The notes under the pieces were generated by a model. It had not been told where the DNA came from. It saw nothing but the letters and a program-made list of their open reading frames with translations, and made no database searches. A program made the translations under genes and the position numbers. Positions 28,759 to 39,109 of a stretch of 64,000 nt of DNA are shown one piece after another. Origin of the DNA: Planctomycetota bacterium (GTDB lineage: Bacteria > Planctomycetota > B15-G4). Every line of letters begins with the position of its first letter. The stretch's first letter is position 1. The DNA is taken from the NCBI GenBank assembly GCA_965248575.1, contig CBDFJQ010000002.1:544001-608000 (forward strand), given 5' to 3'.

Positions 28759-30369
28759 TCAGTCCGTGAGGTCGCGGCTGGGGTCGACCCGGAGGAAGAT
28801 CCGGCCCACCAGCCAGACCAGCATCACCACCTCGAAGGCCAGCAGCACCCAGATCACCAGGGCGGCGAGCAGGGGCATGCCTGCCTTGAAGGCAAGCAGC
28901 CAGGCCGGAACGCCCACCACCAACAGGGAGAGCATCAGCAGGATCATCTTGGCCAGCAGCAGGGCGTACATGCGGGCCACCTGTGTCGCGCCCGGCGGTC
29001 CCCGGGTGTAGTCGATGCGATAGGGGTAGAGCAGGAAGGTCCCGTTCTCCACGCAGAGTTGCACGGCGTTGAGCAGCGGCAGGGTCAGGAAGATGAAGAT
29101 CCACAGCAGGTACTGGCTCGGCTCGATCACGGCAAACACCCATGAGCCCAGCAGCAGTTGGAAACCGTAGATCACCAGCACGCTGGCCATGATCTGCCCG
29201 GCGGCCAGGGCCATGGGGGAGGAGGGCAGGCTGCGCAGGTAGGCGAGGCAGTCAAAGTCGGAGCGGAAGTCGCACTGCACGTAGAGCGGACCTGCGAAGC
29301 ACAGCATGCCGATCATCATGCCGGCCATGATCTCCGGTGTTTCCTTCACGGTGGAGATGCCGGCACCCAACCCGCAAAACACGCTGAAGACCAACAACAG
29401 CATGTAGGACTTGCGGCGCCGCGAGAGGCTGGAGAGTTGCCGCCAGGCATGCACACCCGCGCCACCCCAGCGGGGCAGCATGGGAAGCGTGCGCCCAGCA
29501 CTCAGCTGGGGGCGGTCCTGGCCGACGTTGCCCTTGGCCATGCGTTGCAGCTGCTTTTGGATGCGCTCGCTGCTGTGGGTGGCGGATTCGCGCACATCGC
29601 CGCGGAAAGTCAGTGGGCGGATGGCGAGCAGGGCGCTGAGGCCGAGGCACATGCTGAGTGAGCTCAGGAACACATCGGTGGAGCGCGCCAAGAACAGCGC
29701 GGTCCAGGGGGAGACGGGCCAGCCGATGACGTCCAGCATCCGGGGTTCGAATTTGCCGCCTGCTCGGTAGACCTGAAGGCCGACTGCGCCCGCCGCTGTT
29801 GCGAGGGCAGCAAGACCTACGAGCTTGCCCGCGACCTTGCGACGGCTGCGGGGGACGCGCAGCATGCCGAGATCGACCGCCATGCCCAACAGCGTCAGGC
29901 TGAAGAGCAGGACCAGGTAGGACACTACGGCTTGCGGGTAAGGCGTCCCAGCGGGTGTCAGGAAGGTGCTGAAGATCAGGCTCGCCGTGAAGGACTTCAC
30001 CATCGCTGCCAGGAGATGGCCGGCTAGCAAGGCGCGCGTGCCGATGGGAGCAGGGAACAGGAACTGCATCTCCGCCGGGGTGAACGCCAGCACACCGTTG
30101 GAGACGGCGGAAATCATCGTGGCGACGAAGGAGAAGCTGAAGAACAAGGCCACGATGCGCTCACGGTTGGCGCCGGCGAACAGGTTGCCGCCGTCGTCGT
30201 TGCCTAGGGACTTGCCCGCGATCACCAGGGCGAGCACGGCGATGATGAACACCATCAGCAAGAGACGCTTCGGCTGCTTCAGGGATTTGAGCAAGCGGCG
30301 CCCCCTCGCCCGCATGCGCAGCACGTAGAGATAGCGAAGCGCGCCGAATCCCTCCCAGCCGTTGCTCAT
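28759..30369 (-). CDS. Putative ABC exporter permease
   Basis: About 12-13 TM helices; FTPAEMQFLFPAPI and YLRSLP motifs; coupled to the ABC ATPase. Confidence 0.82.
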   Translation of the reverse strand: MSNGWEGFGALRYLYVLRMRARGRRLLKSLKQPKRLLLMVFIIAVLALVIAGKSLGNDDGGNLFAGANRERIVALFFSFSFVATMISAVSNGVLAFTPAEMQFLFPAPIGTRALLAGHLLAAMVKSFTASLIFSTFLTPAGTPYPQAVVSYLVLLFSLTLLGMAVDLGMLRVPRSRRKVAGKLVGLAALATAAGAVGLQVYRAGGKFEPRMLDVIGWPVSPWTALFLARSTDVFLSSLSMCLGLSALLAIRPLTFRGDVRESATHSSERIQKQLQRMAKGNVGQDRPQLSAGRTLPMLPRWGGAGVHAWRQLSSLSRRRKSYMLLLVFSVFCGLGAGISTVKETPEIMAGMMIGMLCFAGPLYVQCDFRSDFDCLAYLRSLPSSPMALAAGQIMASVLVIYGFQLLLGSWVFAVIEPSQYLLWIFIFLTLPLLNAVQLCVENGTFLLYPYRIDYTRGPPGATQVARMYALLLAKMILLMLSLLVVGVPAWLLAFKAGMPLLAALVIWVLLAFEVVMLVWLVGRIFLRVDPSRDLTD

Positions 30370-31169
30370 GAAGGGCCGGGTCCAAGGTCCTGTTGGGGGG
30401 CGTCGGAGGCAGGCTTGGCAAGCGACGTGCCCGCCGCTCCCGCCTCGTCGATCCCGATCGCGCGCATGAACAGGTCTTCAAGGTTCGCTTCTTCCGCCTC
30501 GTGGCCCACGAGGGCGCGGATGTCAGCCATGGTGCCCGACGCCATCTCGCGACCTTGATGCACGAGGAAGAAGCGCGTGGAGAGCCGTTCGACGATCTCC
30601 AGTTGGTGGCTGGAGACGATCACGGCGCTGCCCGCCTGGGCCCGTCGAGCAATGGAGTCGCACATGCGCCGGCGCCCGGGCGGGTCGAGGCCGGTCAGCG
30701 GTTCATCCAGGAGCATGACCTCCGGGTCATGGACGAAGGCGCAGCAGATGGCGAGCTTCTGGCGCATGCCTCGGGAGAGCGCCGAGGCGGTGGCGTGCCG
30801 ACGTTCCTCCAGATCGAACTCGTCGAGCAGCGCGTCGATGCGTCCGTGGGGTTCCTCGACGCCGTAGAGCCGTGCCGTGAAAAGCAGGTGCTCCAAGGTC
30901 GTGAGGGAGTCGAACAGCATCGGCGTGTCGGGGACAAAGGCCAGCCGGCGTCGGGCCGCCACGGATTCGCCTGTCATGGGCTCCCCGCCGATGAAGATCG
31001 AGCCGGAGGTCGGCGGCAGGATGCCTGCGAGCATGCGCAGGCAGGTGGTCTTGCCGGCGCCATTCACGCCCACCAGTCCCAGGATCTCGCTCGATTTCAC
31101 CCGCAGACTCAGGTTGTCGACGGCCTGAACCTCTTCGAAGCGTTTGTTGAGTCCTTCAACCTCGATCAT
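30366..31169 (-). CDS. ABC transporter ATP-binding protein
   Basis: Walker A GVNGAGKT, signature LSRGMRQK, Walker B LLDEP, SSH. Confidence 0.95.
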   Translation of the reverse strand: MIEVEGLNKRFEEVQAVDNLSLRVKSSEILGLVGVNGAGKTTCLRMLAGILPPTSGSIFIGGEPMTGESVAARRRLAFVPDTPMLFDSLTTLEHLLFTARLYGVEEPHGRIDALLDEFDLEERRHATASALSRGMRQKLAICCAFVHDPEVMLLDEPLTGLDPPGRRRMCDSIARRAQAGSAVIVSSHQLEIVERLSTRFFLVHQGREMASGTMADIRALVGHEAEEANLEDLFMRAIGIDEAGAAGTSLAKPASDAPQQDLGPGPS

Positions 31170-31374
31170 GGACTGTCCTGGGAGGGCGCTGGAATGGTTG
31201 GAAGAGGAGGAGCTGCAGGTGAGGGCAGGCTCTTCTGATGCGGACGTTGGGAGGCAGCGGAAGTGGAGTCAGGAGTCGGATTCTGAGGCGCTGGGTGGTG
31301 AGCCGCAAGAGCATGGTGACACGGGCGCTTCCCACGCTATCCTTCGGCCTTCCTTCGAGGAGCTCGTCGTCGTC

Positions 31375-31806
31375 ATGGGTGGGATCAACCCCTACATCAA
31401 GCAGGTCGAAGCCGATCTGCCACAAGAGAAGTACCACATCACCTTTTTCTCGCCCGCAGATGGAGGAGGCGAGCCTGAGGAGCGCCGGGTGGAGGTCGAT
31501 CCGTCGGCACTGCCGTACACGGACGAGGGATTGCCCGGCAGCATCCTGGATATCGCCTGCGGAAACGGGATCGACATCGACCACGCCTGCGGTGGTGTGT
31601 GTGCCTGTTCGACGTGCCACGTCTTGGTCATCGAGGGCTCGCAGAGCTGCAACGAGTCCTCGGAGGCCGAGGAGGACATGCTCGATTTGGCACCCGGGCT
31701 TGAGGACAGCTCACGCCTGGGTTGCCAGTGCATTCCGAACGGCAGCGCGGAGGTGCGCGTGGTGGTTCCGTCCTGGAACCGCAACACGGTCAGCGAGGAG
31801 CACTAA
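31375..31806 (+). CDS. fdx: Adrenodoxin/ISC-type 2Fe-2S ferredoxin
   Basis: HACGGVCACSTCHV, EEDMLD, SRLGCQ. Confidence 0.9.
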   Translation: MGGINPYIKQVEADLPQEKYHITFFSPADGGGEPEERRVEVDPSALPYTDEGLPGSILDIACGNGIDIDHACGGVCACSTCHVLVIEGSQSCNESSEAEEDMLDLAPGLEDSSRLGCQCIPNGSAEVRVVVPSWNRNTVSEEH

Positions 31807-31976
31807 GGCGGGACGGGGCTGAAGAACGGGAGCTGGAGGGGGTGGATTGGCGCCCGGCTGAGCTTCTGACCGGCGTGAAGGGGGCTTTTCGAGGGAGCCT
31901 TGGGGCGGCTGGTCAAGTCACCCCTGGTCGGGGACGAAGATTCCGTGCGACCCGAGAGACGGGCGACGGAGACTTC

Positions 31977-32450
31977 ATGTTGCAGGCATCCCATTTGCCG
32001 ACCGTGACCAACGAGCTTCCCCAGCCTGGACAGTCTGGAGAGGAGCCGGTTCGGGACCACGTGCCCACGCCCACCGAGGGTCCGACCGGGGCGTCGGACG
32101 ACCCGGACTGCCATCACTCCGATCACTCCCAAGAGCGTTCGCGGACTCTGCTGGGGGTCTCCCTCTCAACGCTCAGCTATTTTGTGCTCTTCCTCGTGGC
32201 CATCGACACCTGGATGACGCACGACAGCCTGTCCACCCAGCGCGGGGTCGAGCTGAATCCGTTCATGGACTGGATCTACCACCACGGTGGAGTGCTGGTC
32301 TTCCTGGCCTTCAAGCTGAGTCTGACCGTCCTGTGCCTGATCTGGATCAATCGCCGGGCCCCGCGAACACAGGCTCGCATGGCGGCCTTGATCGCTCTCT
32401 CGATCTACCTGCCCATCGCCGGGATCCACATCATCGGGCTCTACCACTAG
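31977..32450 (+). CDS. DUF5658-like membrane protein
   Basis: IDTWMT...GVELNPFM...FLAFK with 3 TM helices; start uncertain. Confidence 0.7.
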   Translation: MLQASHLPTVTNELPQPGQSGEEPVRDHVPTPTEGPTGASDDPDCHHSDHSQERSRTLLGVSLSTLSYFVLFLVAIDTWMTHDSLSTQRGVELNPFMDWIYHHGGVLVFLAFKLSLTVLCLIWINRRAPRTQARMAALIALSIYLPIAGIHIIGLYH

Positions 32451-32495
32451 GGGCGAGCCGCTCCCTCAGGCTGGGCCCGAGGGCCCCGGAGGAGT

Positions 32496-32579
32496 TGGTG
32501 CGAGGAGGGGGACTCGAACCCCCACGGGTTTCCCCACCAGATCCTAAATCTGGCGCGTCTGCCATTCCGCCACCCTCGC
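32496..32579 (-). tRNA. tRNA-Leu (anticodon TAG)
   Basis: GCGAGGGTGGCGGAATGGCAGACGCG CCAGA-TTTAGGA-TCTGG, long variable arm, GGTTCGAGTCC, encoded CCA. Confidence 0.96.
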
Positions 32580-32674
32580 CCGGGCGTCGCGCAGTCTTGG
32601 ACCACGACACGAAGGCGGCCATTGTGTGTGCATGAGGTATCGTGCCGCAAGACGATGAGCGACCGGAGTGACAG

Positions 32675-35059
32675 GTGAACGCACAGACGGCCCGACGGCG
32701 AGTCGGCCCCCGGTCCCTGATCTGGCTGCTGCTGCCGGCCTTTCTCTGCGCCTGTGGCTCAGAGTCGGGCCATGATCCGGTCCACCAGAAGCTGAGCCTG
32801 CGGCCCGTTTCAGGGGTTGCCAGCTCCAGCGATGCGCGCATCGTCGAGAGCTTTGACCTCGCCCTGGACAACGCCGCCTGGTCCGTCGATGCGCCCTTCA
32901 AGCGGCTCATGCGTCGACCGGAGGCGGAGCTAGACGGCGGGCCGACCCACGAGTTGGTGTGTCGCGCGACCCTCAAGGGTGAGACCCTGAGCCTGACCCG
33001 CCGAGGGGCGCTGGACCCCTCCCGCTTCAACCGCATCCACCTGCCGATGCGCTTTGATGGCCAAGGCTATCTACGCGCCGACTTCTGGCGGGACGGGGTG
33101 TTGGTGGGGCGCACCGAGGCGGTGCGCATCCTGCCGACGGACGACCTCCAGGCCACGGGCGCCGGTTCGCTCTCCACGGAGCTGCGCCTTCCCCCGGCCA
33201 TGCGCTTCGAGCAAGCCGTCGACACGCTGGAGCTGCATGTCTCCGGTATCTATCGCATGGTGGCCCTGTCGCATGTCCTGCTCGTGCAGGAGCCGGTCGA
33301 GGGCATGCTTCCCTCGCCGCAAGGCGACGGTGAGCTCGTGCGACTGGGTCTGTCGGCCCGGCGTGCCGTGGGCGTCCTGTCCCAGAGCCCGCTGCAACGG
33401 GAGCTCGAGATCCCGCCCGGCGCGGAACTCCGCTTTGCCTACGGGCAGCCCGTGGAGGAGTTGCGGTCGAAGCAGCCCGCGAGGCTTGAGGTCCTGGTCG
33501 ACGGTGAGCGCGTGGCGGACTATGTTCTCGCCGCTTGGCCGAACCCGGACGAGGCATGGCACGACGAGCGCGTGGATCTGTCCGACTACGCCGGGCGTTC
33601 AGTGAGCGTGCAATTCCGCGTGGGCGTCGGGGCGCCGGGGGGGGCGCGGGAGGCAACGCCGGCTGGCGACGGCCCCGCCCTTTTCGGCTGTGCACTGGCT
33701 GAGGCGACGCTGGTGGTCGCAGACCCAAGTCCGCCCACGGTCGTCTTGATCACCACGGACACACACCGCGCGGACCACATGGGTTACGCCTTGGGCGGCG
33801 TCGGCGTCCAAACCCCGGTGGTGGACCTGCTGGCCAAACGGGGGCTGGTCTTCGACGATTGCTTCACGCCGGTCAACGTCACGAACCCCAGCCACGTGGC
33901 CATGATGACGGCTCGCTCTGTTCGGACCACGGGCGTGAGGACGAACTACAGCCGCCTCGCGGAGGCTGCACCGACCCTCGCAGAGGCCTTTGCAGAGGCG
34001 GGCTGGATGACCATGGCGGCCGTGAGCACCCGCCACTTGGGTGCGGATGGCAGTGGCTTGGGGCAAGGCTTCGATCGCATGAGTTGGCCGCGCAGCCAGC
34101 CACGGCGGCGCGCCGTTGACACCCTGAAGGATGTGGTTCGTTGGTTGCCTGAAGCAGAGGGGCGCCCGCTCTTTCTCTGGGTGCATGTCTTCGATGCCCA
34201 CTGGCCTTACGAACCGGAGGCGAGCTGGGTAGACCAGTACTATCCTCCTGGCCAGGACCCGCGCAGCACGGAGCTGCCCGCGCCTGCGGTCGACCCGGCA
34301 CGCTTCAAGACAGAGTTGCAAGGCGTCCGCGATCTGGACTGGCCTCGCGCTCAGTACAAGGCGGAGATCAGCGGTCAGGATGCCTTGCTGGCTCAGGTCT
34401 TGAACGCCCCGCGGATCCAGGACGGCGTCGTGGCGCTCGTGGCCGATCACGGGGAAGCCTTGGGTGAGCACGGTGTGTATTTCGATCACATCGGGCTCTA
34501 TCCCAGCGTCTTGCACATCCCGCTCGTGGTGGCGGGCCCCGGCGTTCCGATCGGCAAGCGGACGGAGCGGCCCGTGATGCACACCGACCTGGCGCGCACC
34601 TTGCTCGACCTGGGGGGGCTGACGGATGTGGAATTCCCTGGGGCGAACCTGCTCGAGCCCTCGCCCGCCAAGCCACGCTTTGCCATCGAGGGCTATGGCT
34701 TCTCGGCCTCCGTGACCCACGGCGGGATGCACCTCGTCTTGAACCTGGCGTCTCGTCAGACCGAGACGGTTCTCGAACAACGCGAGCACCACGAGCTGGA
34801 GCTGTACGACCTGCGCCTCGACCCGCACTGCAGCCGCAACCTCGTGACCGAACAGCGAGAGCTGGCGAGCCGCATGCGTCACCAGCTCATCCGGTGGCTG
34901 CTTGAGGTGCCTGACAGGGGCTGGGCCGAGCAGCGCCAGGACGACGAGGCCTTCCTCGAGTCACTCATGCAGTTGGGGTACGTCGAGCCTTCGGAGGACG
35001 TGTCGGCCGACCTCTGGCAAGCCGATCAGTGTGACTGGTGCGTGAGTTTCGAGCAGTGA
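32675..35059 (+). CDS. Sulfatase-like (alkaline phosphatase superfamily) lipoprotein with Thr at the nucleophile position
   Basis: Lipobox LCAC; ITTDTHRADH, TNPSH, HVFDAHWPY, ADHGE, ELYDL..DP, LMQLGY. Confidence 0.85.
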   Translation: MNAQTARRRVGPRSLIWLLLPAFLCACGSESGHDPVHQKLSLRPVSGVASSSDARIVESFDLALDNAAWSVDAPFKRLMRRPEAELDGGPTHELVCRATLKGETLSLTRRGALDPSRFNRIHLPMRFDGQGYLRADFWRDGVLVGRTEAVRILPTDDLQATGAGSLSTELRLPPAMRFEQAVDTLELHVSGIYRMVALSHVLLVQEPVEGMLPSPQGDGELVRLGLSARRAVGVLSQSPLQRELEIPPGAELRFAYGQPVEELRSKQPARLEVLVDGERVADYVLAAWPNPDEAWHDERVDLSDYAGRSVSVQFRVGVGAPGGAREATPAGDGPALFGCALAEATLVVADPSPPTVVLITTDTHRADHMGYALGGVGVQTPVVDLLAKRGLVFDDCFTPVNVTNPSHVAMMTARSVRTTGVRTNYSRLAEAAPTLAEAFAEAGWMTMAAVSTRHLGADGSGLGQGFDRMSWPRSQPRRRAVDTLKDVVRWLPEAEGRPLFLWVHVFDAHWPYEPEASWVDQYYPPGQDPRSTELPAPAVDPARFKTELQGVRDLDWPRAQYKAEISGQDALLAQVLNAPRIQDGVVALVADHGEALGEHGVYFDHIGLYPSVLHIPLVVAGPGVPIGKRTERPVMHTDLARTLLDLGGLTDVEFPGANLLEPSPAKPRFAIEGYGFSASVTHGGMHLVLNLASRQTETVLEQREHHELELYDLRLDPHCSRNLVTEQRELASRMRHQLIRWLLEVPDRGWAEQRQDDEAFLESLMQLGYVEPSEDVSADLWQADQCDWCVSFEQ

Positions 35060-36645
35060 CCGAGGCAGGGCAGCCAGAAGCGAAGAGCGGCTGGCTCGGG
35101 CGGCTTGTCCTGGTCCTCCTGGCCGTTCCCGTTTTCATCGCGCTGTGCGAGCTGGGGCTTTGGGCTCTGGACCTGGGGCGCAACGCCTGGTCATCGGATC
35201 TCTCGCGCGGTTTCGATCCGGCGGCGCGCCTGATGGTTCCGGATCGCAGCGAGCGCGGCGCCTGGCGCACCCACATCTACGGTGACCTTGAGCTGGAGCG
35301 GGTGGTCCCGGCGCGCGACGAGCGAATCAGGGTCGTGCTCTTCGGTGGCAGCAACACGCAACTCTTTCCTGAGCAGGTCCTGGAACAGCGGCTGAACGAT
35401 TCGGCTGCTGCCGACGGCGAACGGGACGCCGAACGAGACCGTGGGTGGGAGCATGGGTTTGAGGTGGTCAACCTCGGCCGGCAGGGATACGGCAGCCGTC
35501 GCGTGCTCGCCCTCTTGGAACAGGCCATGGTGTTGGAGCCGGATGTGGTCGTCATCTACTCGGGCCACAATGAGTTCGTGGAGCTGGGCTTCGAACGGGA
35601 GCTCGCCTCGGCCTGGGATCACTCCTGGGAACAGGCCAGTGCGGAGTCCCTGTCGAAGCTGCGGATGTTTGGTGTGCTCGTCGACGCCATGAACCCCCTG
35701 GGCATGCCCGAGCCCATCACGCGCCCCGACCATGCTGCTCGTCAGCTCCGATGGGATGAGACGGTGCAGCGCTACGAGGCTTTCGAAGCGAACCTGGAAG
35801 CCATGTGCGCGGCCGCGCGCAGCGCAGGGGCCCGTGTGCTCGTGGTGACTCCCGTGAGCAACATGCTCTCACCGCCGTTGGTGTTTGGGGATGTGGGGCA
35901 GCACCAGCAGGCTTTTGACGCCCTGCGCCAGCGTGCACTCGGGCGAATACCGAGCGAATGTCGGCAGGCGTTGCGACCGCCGGTGCGACTGCGCGTGGTG
36001 GACTGGTACAGCGCGCCGCAAGATGCCGAACCGGGCGAGCAGCTTTCTCCAAACTGGGAGGCACCGTTGCTCCGTCCTCTGTTGGGGCCCTTGGAGTACG
36101 CGCCGGCCTCCGAGGAGCCCAAGGCGGACTCCGTCGAGGGTGCTCATTGGCCCCGACCCGACGGATGGAATCCGGACGTGCGTGCGGTGCTCGAGACCAT
36201 GTCGGCCTACGCCGCTCCCGAGCTCGACGCTCGCACCCTGCGCTGGTTGAGTGAAGCCCGCCTGGCTCTGCTCGAAGCCTTGGAGCTCGTTCCCGACAGC
36301 CCCATTGCCTGGTTCGACCTGGGGCTCGTGGCCTGGTTGCAGGGGGATGCAGCGCTGGCCGTTCGCGCCTTTGAATCGGCGGGGCGCTTTGACCGCTCCC
36401 CGAGCTCGGCCAACGTCACGATCTATGCTGCCGTTCGAGCCGTAGCGAGCCGGGTCGAGGGGGTTCAGCTCGTCGATGCTGCTGCACTCTTCGGCCAGCG
36501 CTCCCCCGACGGTGTGGTGGGCTACGAAGTCCTGATGGATGCCTGCCATCTCCAACCCGGGGCTCGTGTCGTGTTGATGGAGGACCTGGCGCGCGCGATC
36601 CGGCAGCCGCAACCCCTGGAGCCGGTGGACGGTTTGGGCCGATAG
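35056..36645 (+). CDS. Membrane-anchored SGNH/GDSL hydrolase with a TPR-like insert
   Basis: N-terminal TM; blocks FGGSN, NLGRQGYGS, YSGHNE, DACH; GTGA overlap with the upstream stop. Confidence 0.8.
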   Translation: MTEAGQPEAKSGWLGRLVLVLLAVPVFIALCELGLWALDLGRNAWSSDLSRGFDPAARLMVPDRSERGAWRTHIYGDLELERVVPARDERIRVVLFGGSNTQLFPEQVLEQRLNDSAAADGERDAERDRGWEHGFEVVNLGRQGYGSRRVLALLEQAMVLEPDVVVIYSGHNEFVELGFERELASAWDHSWEQASAESLSKLRMFGVLVDAMNPLGMPEPITRPDHAARQLRWDETVQRYEAFEANLEAMCAAARSAGARVLVVTPVSNMLSPPLVFGDVGQHQQAFDALRQRALGRIPSECRQALRPPVRLRVVDWYSAPQDAEPGEQLSPNWEAPLLRPLLGPLEYAPASEEPKADSVEGAHWPRPDGWNPDVRAVLETMSAYAAPELDARTLRWLSEARLALLEALELVPDSPIAWFDLGLVAWLQGDAALAVRAFESAGRFDRSPSSANVTIYAAVRAVASRVEGVQLVDAAALFGQRSPDGVVGYEVLMDACHLQPGARVVLMEDLARAIRQPQPLEPVDGLGR

Positions 36646-36706
36646 CGGTGGGAGATGTCCTAGGCTGTTCCCGTGACACGATGTGTTTCCTGGAGTGTGA
36701 GCACTG

Positions 36707-39085
36707 ATGCACCCATTCACCGAACCGACTGCTGCACGGGGCACTTCATGGCGCTGGGCATGGGCACCAAGCCTGACAGCCAGTGCTTTGCTGCTCGGCC
36801 TGCTCAGTTGCGCCGAGGCTGAAGGCGGGGGCGGCGACGGGCAGGGCGAGGCTGGCGACCCGGGGGCGCACGACGTGTCAGGGCCCTGGAGTGTTTCCCC
36901 CGGGGACAGCTTGCTGGAGCACCTGGAGTCCGTGCGGGTGGTGCGCTATCCCGACTCCAATCTTCCGCCCGAGGTGAACGCCGTCGCCGGCGGGAACATC
37001 CGGGTGCGGGCCGGAGTCCCTCCCTTGGCGTGGGAGCGGGTCTGGAGCATGCCCGCCGGGTGGGGGCCGGTGCTCGCAGCGAACGGCAACCCCGAGTTGT
37101 ATTGGGCGCCCTCTCCGATCCCCCTCATCGCGGAGGGTGAGATCCCCGTGCCGCTGATCGGTGGCCAGCCGGTCCCGGCCTTTGACCTCTCTCTGCAGAA
37201 TACCCTCCCCGAACGCTTGGCCGTCTGGCGCGTGCAGGAGCAGTTGCTCTTGGCGACCGGCGTCGAGGTCGGTCCGATTCGAGATGTGGGCCTCGAAGGT
37301 TCGGTGCCGGGGGTGACGGAGTTCGCCTCCGTGGATCGGGGCGCCGTCGTCACAGGCCGCAGCCCAACCGCCAAGGGTCTCGCGACCCACCAGGAGCTCG
37401 ATTCCGTGGTGCGGGATGCCTTGCTGCTGGCCGCTCCGGGAACGTTGGAGGTCGAACTCCAGGACCTGCAGGCGCAGCGTTTGGAGTTCGCCATCGGTGT
37501 GGTTGATGTCGGCTGGTCCCTGGTGGATGGCATCGTGCGGCGGGTGCATCGCCGAGGCGACGGGGCGACCTTCGCCGTGGAGATTCTGAGCGCGGGAGAG
37601 GACGCCCCGGAGCGCGTTTGGGAGAAGACTCTGGGGGCAGAGGACGTGGGCACGACCTGGCTCGAGGCCCAGGTGGACCTCTCGCGCTGGATGGGCAAGA
37701 CCTGCACCTTGCGGCTGGTGACGGAGCCGGGCCCGTCGGGGAACCCGCTTTTCGACTATGGGCTCTGGGCCGGGCTGCGCTTTCGCGGGGCGGCGCGCAA
37801 GTCTCCTTCGAAGCCGCATATCGTGCTGATCGACATCGATACGCTGCGCGCCGATCGCCTGGGCAGCCATGGGGGAGATCGAGGCCTGACCCCTGAGCTG
37901 GACTCATGGGCAGAGCGTTGCGCCGTCGTGTTCCCGGACGCCATGGCCACCGCACCGTGGACCTTGCCGTCCACCGTGTCCATGTTCACGGGCCTGGCTG
38001 TGCATCAGCACGGCATCGACAAGGCGTCGACCGCGTTGGCGGGGGGTGCAGACACGCTCGTGACGCACCTGAAGTCCGCGGGCTATGAGACACGCGGTCA
38101 TGCCACGGGTGGCTATCTGCGGGCCGCCTATGGCTTCGATCTAGGCTTCGACGTCTACGAGACCCGCGACCCGAAGCACATCGATTGGAGCGGCGTGACG
38201 GAGTTCGTTGCGAAACGCGACAGCGAGACGCCGCTCTTCTTGTTCCTGCACACCTACTACGTCCACGCGCCCTATGAGTATGAAGCCGAGGACGTCGACC
38301 CGGATTACGACGGCCCCCTACGCGGTATCGAAGTGGATCGGGACACCGTCTTCGACCCCTGGCATGACGGCGAGCTGGAGTTGAGCGCGGCTGATCGGCG
38401 CTACGTCGAAGACCTCTACGACGGGCTCGTGCGGCGCATGGACGGCATCGTCGGACAGTTCCTGAGCGATCTGGAAGCCGCCTTCGGCGATGAGCCCTTC
38501 ATGGTGATTCTCACGTCGGATCACGGAGAGGCATTCCTCGAACATGAGCTCTACGGCCACGGCCTCTCGCTCTGGAGCGAGGTGCTGAGGGTTCCTCTGC
38601 TGATTCGTTTCCCCGAGGGTGTGGCTGGTGTGAACGGGACGCCCTCGTCGGGGCTCGACCTGTTGCCCACCGTGCTGGAAGCGGCTGGGATTCCCATCCC
38701 CGAGGGCTTGCCCGGGCGAGCGCTGCAGTCCGCCACGGGCGTGTCGGTGCGCGTTGCGCAGTATCAAGCGGACCTGCGGGCCACCATGAGCGAGGGCTTC
38801 AAGCTCGTCGAACCGCTGCGGCCCGACGCTGAGGTCAAGGCTTCGGAGGTGGATGGCCCCGGTGCCCAGCGCGCCAGGACCCGGCTCTTCGACATGCAGG
38901 CCGATGGAGGCGACTTGGTGGACCTGTCCGCTGAGCACCCCGGGCGCGTGGAACAACTCAAGCGGCGCCTCGCGTGGTTCCTGGCCAACTACCCCGAGCG
39001 TCATGAGCATGCCGCCAGCAGCACGGCTGACAGCGATGCGCTGGATGAGCTGCGGGCGTTGGGGTATCTCGGCGGCGAACGCTAG
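36707..39085 (+). CDS. Sulfatase-like lipoprotein with Thr at the nucleophile position
   Basis: Lipobox LLSC; IDIDTLRADR, PWTLPST..MFTG, HTYYVHAPY, SDHGE, LRALGY. Confidence 0.85.
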   Translation: MHPFTEPTAARGTSWRWAWAPSLTASALLLGLLSCAEAEGGGGDGQGEAGDPGAHDVSGPWSVSPGDSLLEHLESVRVVRYPDSNLPPEVNAVAGGNIRVRAGVPPLAWERVWSMPAGWGPVLAANGNPELYWAPSPIPLIAEGEIPVPLIGGQPVPAFDLSLQNTLPERLAVWRVQEQLLLATGVEVGPIRDVGLEGSVPGVTEFASVDRGAVVTGRSPTAKGLATHQELDSVVRDALLLAAPGTLEVELQDLQAQRLEFAIGVVDVGWSLVDGIVRRVHRRGDGATFAVEILSAGEDAPERVWEKTLGAEDVGTTWLEAQVDLSRWMGKTCTLRLVTEPGPSGNPLFDYGLWAGLRFRGAARKSPSKPHIVLIDIDTLRADRLGSHGGDRGLTPELDSWAERCAVVFPDAMATAPWTLPSTVSMFTGLAVHQHGIDKASTALAGGADTLVTHLKSAGYETRGHATGGYLRAAYGFDLGFDVYETRDPKHIDWSGVTEFVAKRDSETPLFLFLHTYYVHAPYEYEAEDVDPDYDGPLRGIEVDRDTVFDPWHDGELELSAADRRYVEDLYDGLVRRMDGIVGQFLSDLEAAFGDEPFMVILTSDHGEAFLEHELYGHGLSLWSEVLRVPLLIRFPEGVAGVNGTPSSGLDLLPTVLEAAGIPIPEGLPGRALQSATGVSVRVAQYQADLRATMSEGFKLVEPLRPDAEVKASEVDGPGAQRARTRLFDMQADGGDLVDLSAEHPGRVEQLKRRLAWFLANYPERHEHAASSTADSDALDELRALGYLGGER

Positions 39086-39109
39086 CGCATTCCGCGCCCA
39101 GCGGCCCGC

